Origin: Oikopleura dioica
Lineage: Eukaryota; Animalia; Chordata
Direction of reading: 5' to 3'
DNA length: 64,000 bases
NCBI GenBank assembly: GCA_907165135.1
Contig: OU015569.1
Span: forward strand, 2,542,001 to 2,606,000
How positions within the stretch are numbered: the first letter of the stretch is position 1; each line of letters opens with the position of its first letter. Shown in pieces: positions 59,562 to 64,000 of the stretch. Made by a program: the position numbers and the translations under genes. The notes below the pieces were generated by a model. It ran no database searches. It had not been told where the DNA came from and saw only the letters and a list, made by a program, of their open reading frames with translations.

Positions 59562-60544
59562 TTTGTTTCTTGAGATCTTGATCTGTGAGAAGAAATCGCG
59601 CCCCACTCGAGTTTATATTTCTTCACGGGAAATCGTGAATCGAATAAAAGAAAATATAATTTATTCTGAGTAAATTTAATGAGACGATAGTGACTCGGAT
59701 ACAATCACGTAAATTTGCCAAAGAATACCGAGTTTAATTCATCCAGGTCAACAACCTTAAAAAATACTGCTATTTTCAGGCTGCCAACATTCAAAGCGCG
59801 AGTTGCAATTTGCAAGTGCGAGTTCAATGTCCATAAAGTTTCACAGGTCAATAATAATCATTGATGGACTTATTGACAGTTTGTTATTGTTCTTTGCTCA
59901 GAGTTATATCTACAAATATCGCTTCAACTAAATTGGCTTCCAAATTCCATGTTTTTTTCTCCTCAAAAATGCTCAAATTGTGCTCCGATGCATCTAAAAT
60001 TTAGCTGTGAAACAATTTCAAAAATCAGAGCTTCAACTTAATTTAAGGAGTCGCAGAAGATATTCAGTGCACTTGTGATTTTGAAGTGGAAGCGCCTTTA
60101 CTTCTTTTTCGTACGATTAGCATTGCTCTTGAGAATTTATTGACAATAGAATTGAAAGCGGGAATATTCAGTATTCGAGGCTCAGAAGCCAGAAAAAAGC
60201 GCCCGCTCAGCCGCTCCGCTCAGCTATTTTGAAGCCGGTTTCTGAACCCTGACCCTGGAGATCGCGCCACTCCCCATTGTACAGTGCTTCCGTTTCACAG
60301 TAAATGCGCTTGATCTTTTCGAGTATTTACGATTATTTCATCAGCTAGAGGTCAACGACCCGCAACCGCCGCCGGCGCGTGTGTGTATGTCCAACACGAG
60401 TGAGAGTGGAAAATTTTTCAAAACGACAGGACAAATATTTAGCGGCTTAGGAGCTTATTCGGCAGAAAACTTAGCGCTATAAAAACGCGGGTTACCGGCC
60501 GGATACTCACGAGTTAAAACTTCGTGAATCAAATTTATTAGAAC
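59562..60544. promoter_or_regulatory. Shared divergent promoter region of the FABP pair
   Basis: TATAAA on the minus strand at 59612-59617 and TATAAAA on the plus strand at 60478-60484. AGGTCAA at 59745, 59845 and 60349. Confidence 0.55.
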
Positions 60545-61340
60545 ATGGGAAAATTCGCCGGAAACTGGAAACGAGTCCGATCTGAGGGAGGCGCTGCTTT
60601 CTTCCTTGTAAGTGCTAACTAGAGAATTTCGTTCATTCTTTTCATAAAGCGCTAACTTTATTAATGATTTCTCATTTATTCGATTTATGAAAAATGCCGA
60701 ATCGAGGACCTTACTCTATCGTCGGTCGTATTTGCAATGATTTTATAATTAATTTGAGAAGCATTGAGCTCTACCAAATATTTCAGGCTTTTGGCGCTCC
60801 CCAGGAGAAGCTCGAAAAGGCTGCCAAGGCTGAGCTCACCACCACCGTCACCTCCGACGGAAAGAACATCGAAATCAAGCGAACCTACTCCCTCGACGGG
60901 TAAGTCGGAAACGGCCAAAAGTGACACTAATTTGAGAAGAGCAGCGGATCTTCCCAGCAGAGGTTACATCTTCCGTTGTTAAATTCAAACGTATCCGCTG
61001 AAATTTGAAAGATTTGACCGTTTTAAAAGTCTTTTGTAGCTTTGATTCATGAATTTCATCACGTACAAGCTCTAACTTACAATCAAGTACCTTGTAATAA
61101 CTTGTTTGTTTCAGTGAGTCGAAAGAATCCGTCACCAAGGTCGTCGTCGGCGAAGTTTCCGACATCGTCGGTCCCTTCGGCCAGAGCCACAAGGTCGAGG
61201 TCAAGGCCGACGGTGAAGCCGTTGTCGCCTCCACCACCGACGGTGCCATCACCATCCGATTCGAAATCGTCAACGACGAGCTCGTCGAGACCTTCTCCGG
61301 AAAGGGCAACACCTTCAAGCGATTCCACGCCCGCGCTTAA
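60545..61340 (+). CDS. Fatty-acid-binding protein / intracellular lipid-binding protein paralog, 3 exons
   Basis: MGKFAGNWKRVRSEGGAAFFL|AFGAP..TVTSDGKNIEIKRTYSLDG|ESKESVTKVVVGE..FEIVNDELVETFSGKGNTFKRFHARA*; gtaagt donors and ttcag acceptors. Confidence 0.88.
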
Positions 61341-61623
61341 TTTATTTTTTCTGTCGTTAGAATAAACAGGACCCCGGGTGGGCTCTTCAAGATAAATACT
61401 CTCTGTTTGCAGATCACTACAAGCATCAAAGAACAATCAGAATATCGAAGCTACTTTGTTCACCAAACAATATGTTTCTCATAATTGGACTAATCAGTAG
61501 TTGAATATTTTGAACTCTAGATTTATTGAAGGAGAGGGCAATTAATTTTAGATCGAAAAAAAAGCTACAGAACTAAATTAAAGTTCGATTCAGGGGCTCG
61601 CTCTTTTCGTCGAATGGAGCAGT

Positions 61624-64000
<2,377 letters not shown>

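Overview
Gene-dense eukaryotic genomic DNA with many 40-60 nt spliceosomal introns and very short intergenic gaps. This architecture fits the larvacean tunicate Oikopleura (inference, not a database hit). Recognisable genes: CPLANE1-like, a MAST kinase, a BTB-kelch protein, a secreted TSP1/FN3/sushi protein, a PLC-delta-like phospholipase, RPP21, SPOUT1, EF1-alpha, a ZNF385-like protein and a head-to-head pair of FABP-like genes, plus several unidentified ORFs. Most genes lie on the minus strand, and SPOUT1 to RPP21 looks like a trans-spliced operon. The main accessory content is a young 5418-bp Ty3/gypsy LTR retrotransposon (46150-51567). It has identical 193-bp LTRs, a GTAA target-site duplication (TSD), a CCCH-type Gag finger and a tightly constrained G_GUU_UUU -1 frameshift site. 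It is inserted 32 nt past a host stop codon. There is also a dense set of non-autonomous DNA elements: hAT-like elements with 8-bp TSDs, a TTAA-flanked Kolobok-like element, and two MITE families sharing an AAGCCGC-N-GCGGCTT hairpin. No CRISPR, rRNA or intact tRNA was found. I could not show a wholly new biological system; the best candidates for novelty are the retroelement features and the MITE families. Exon boundaries were read by eye and gene ends marked approximate are uncertain.
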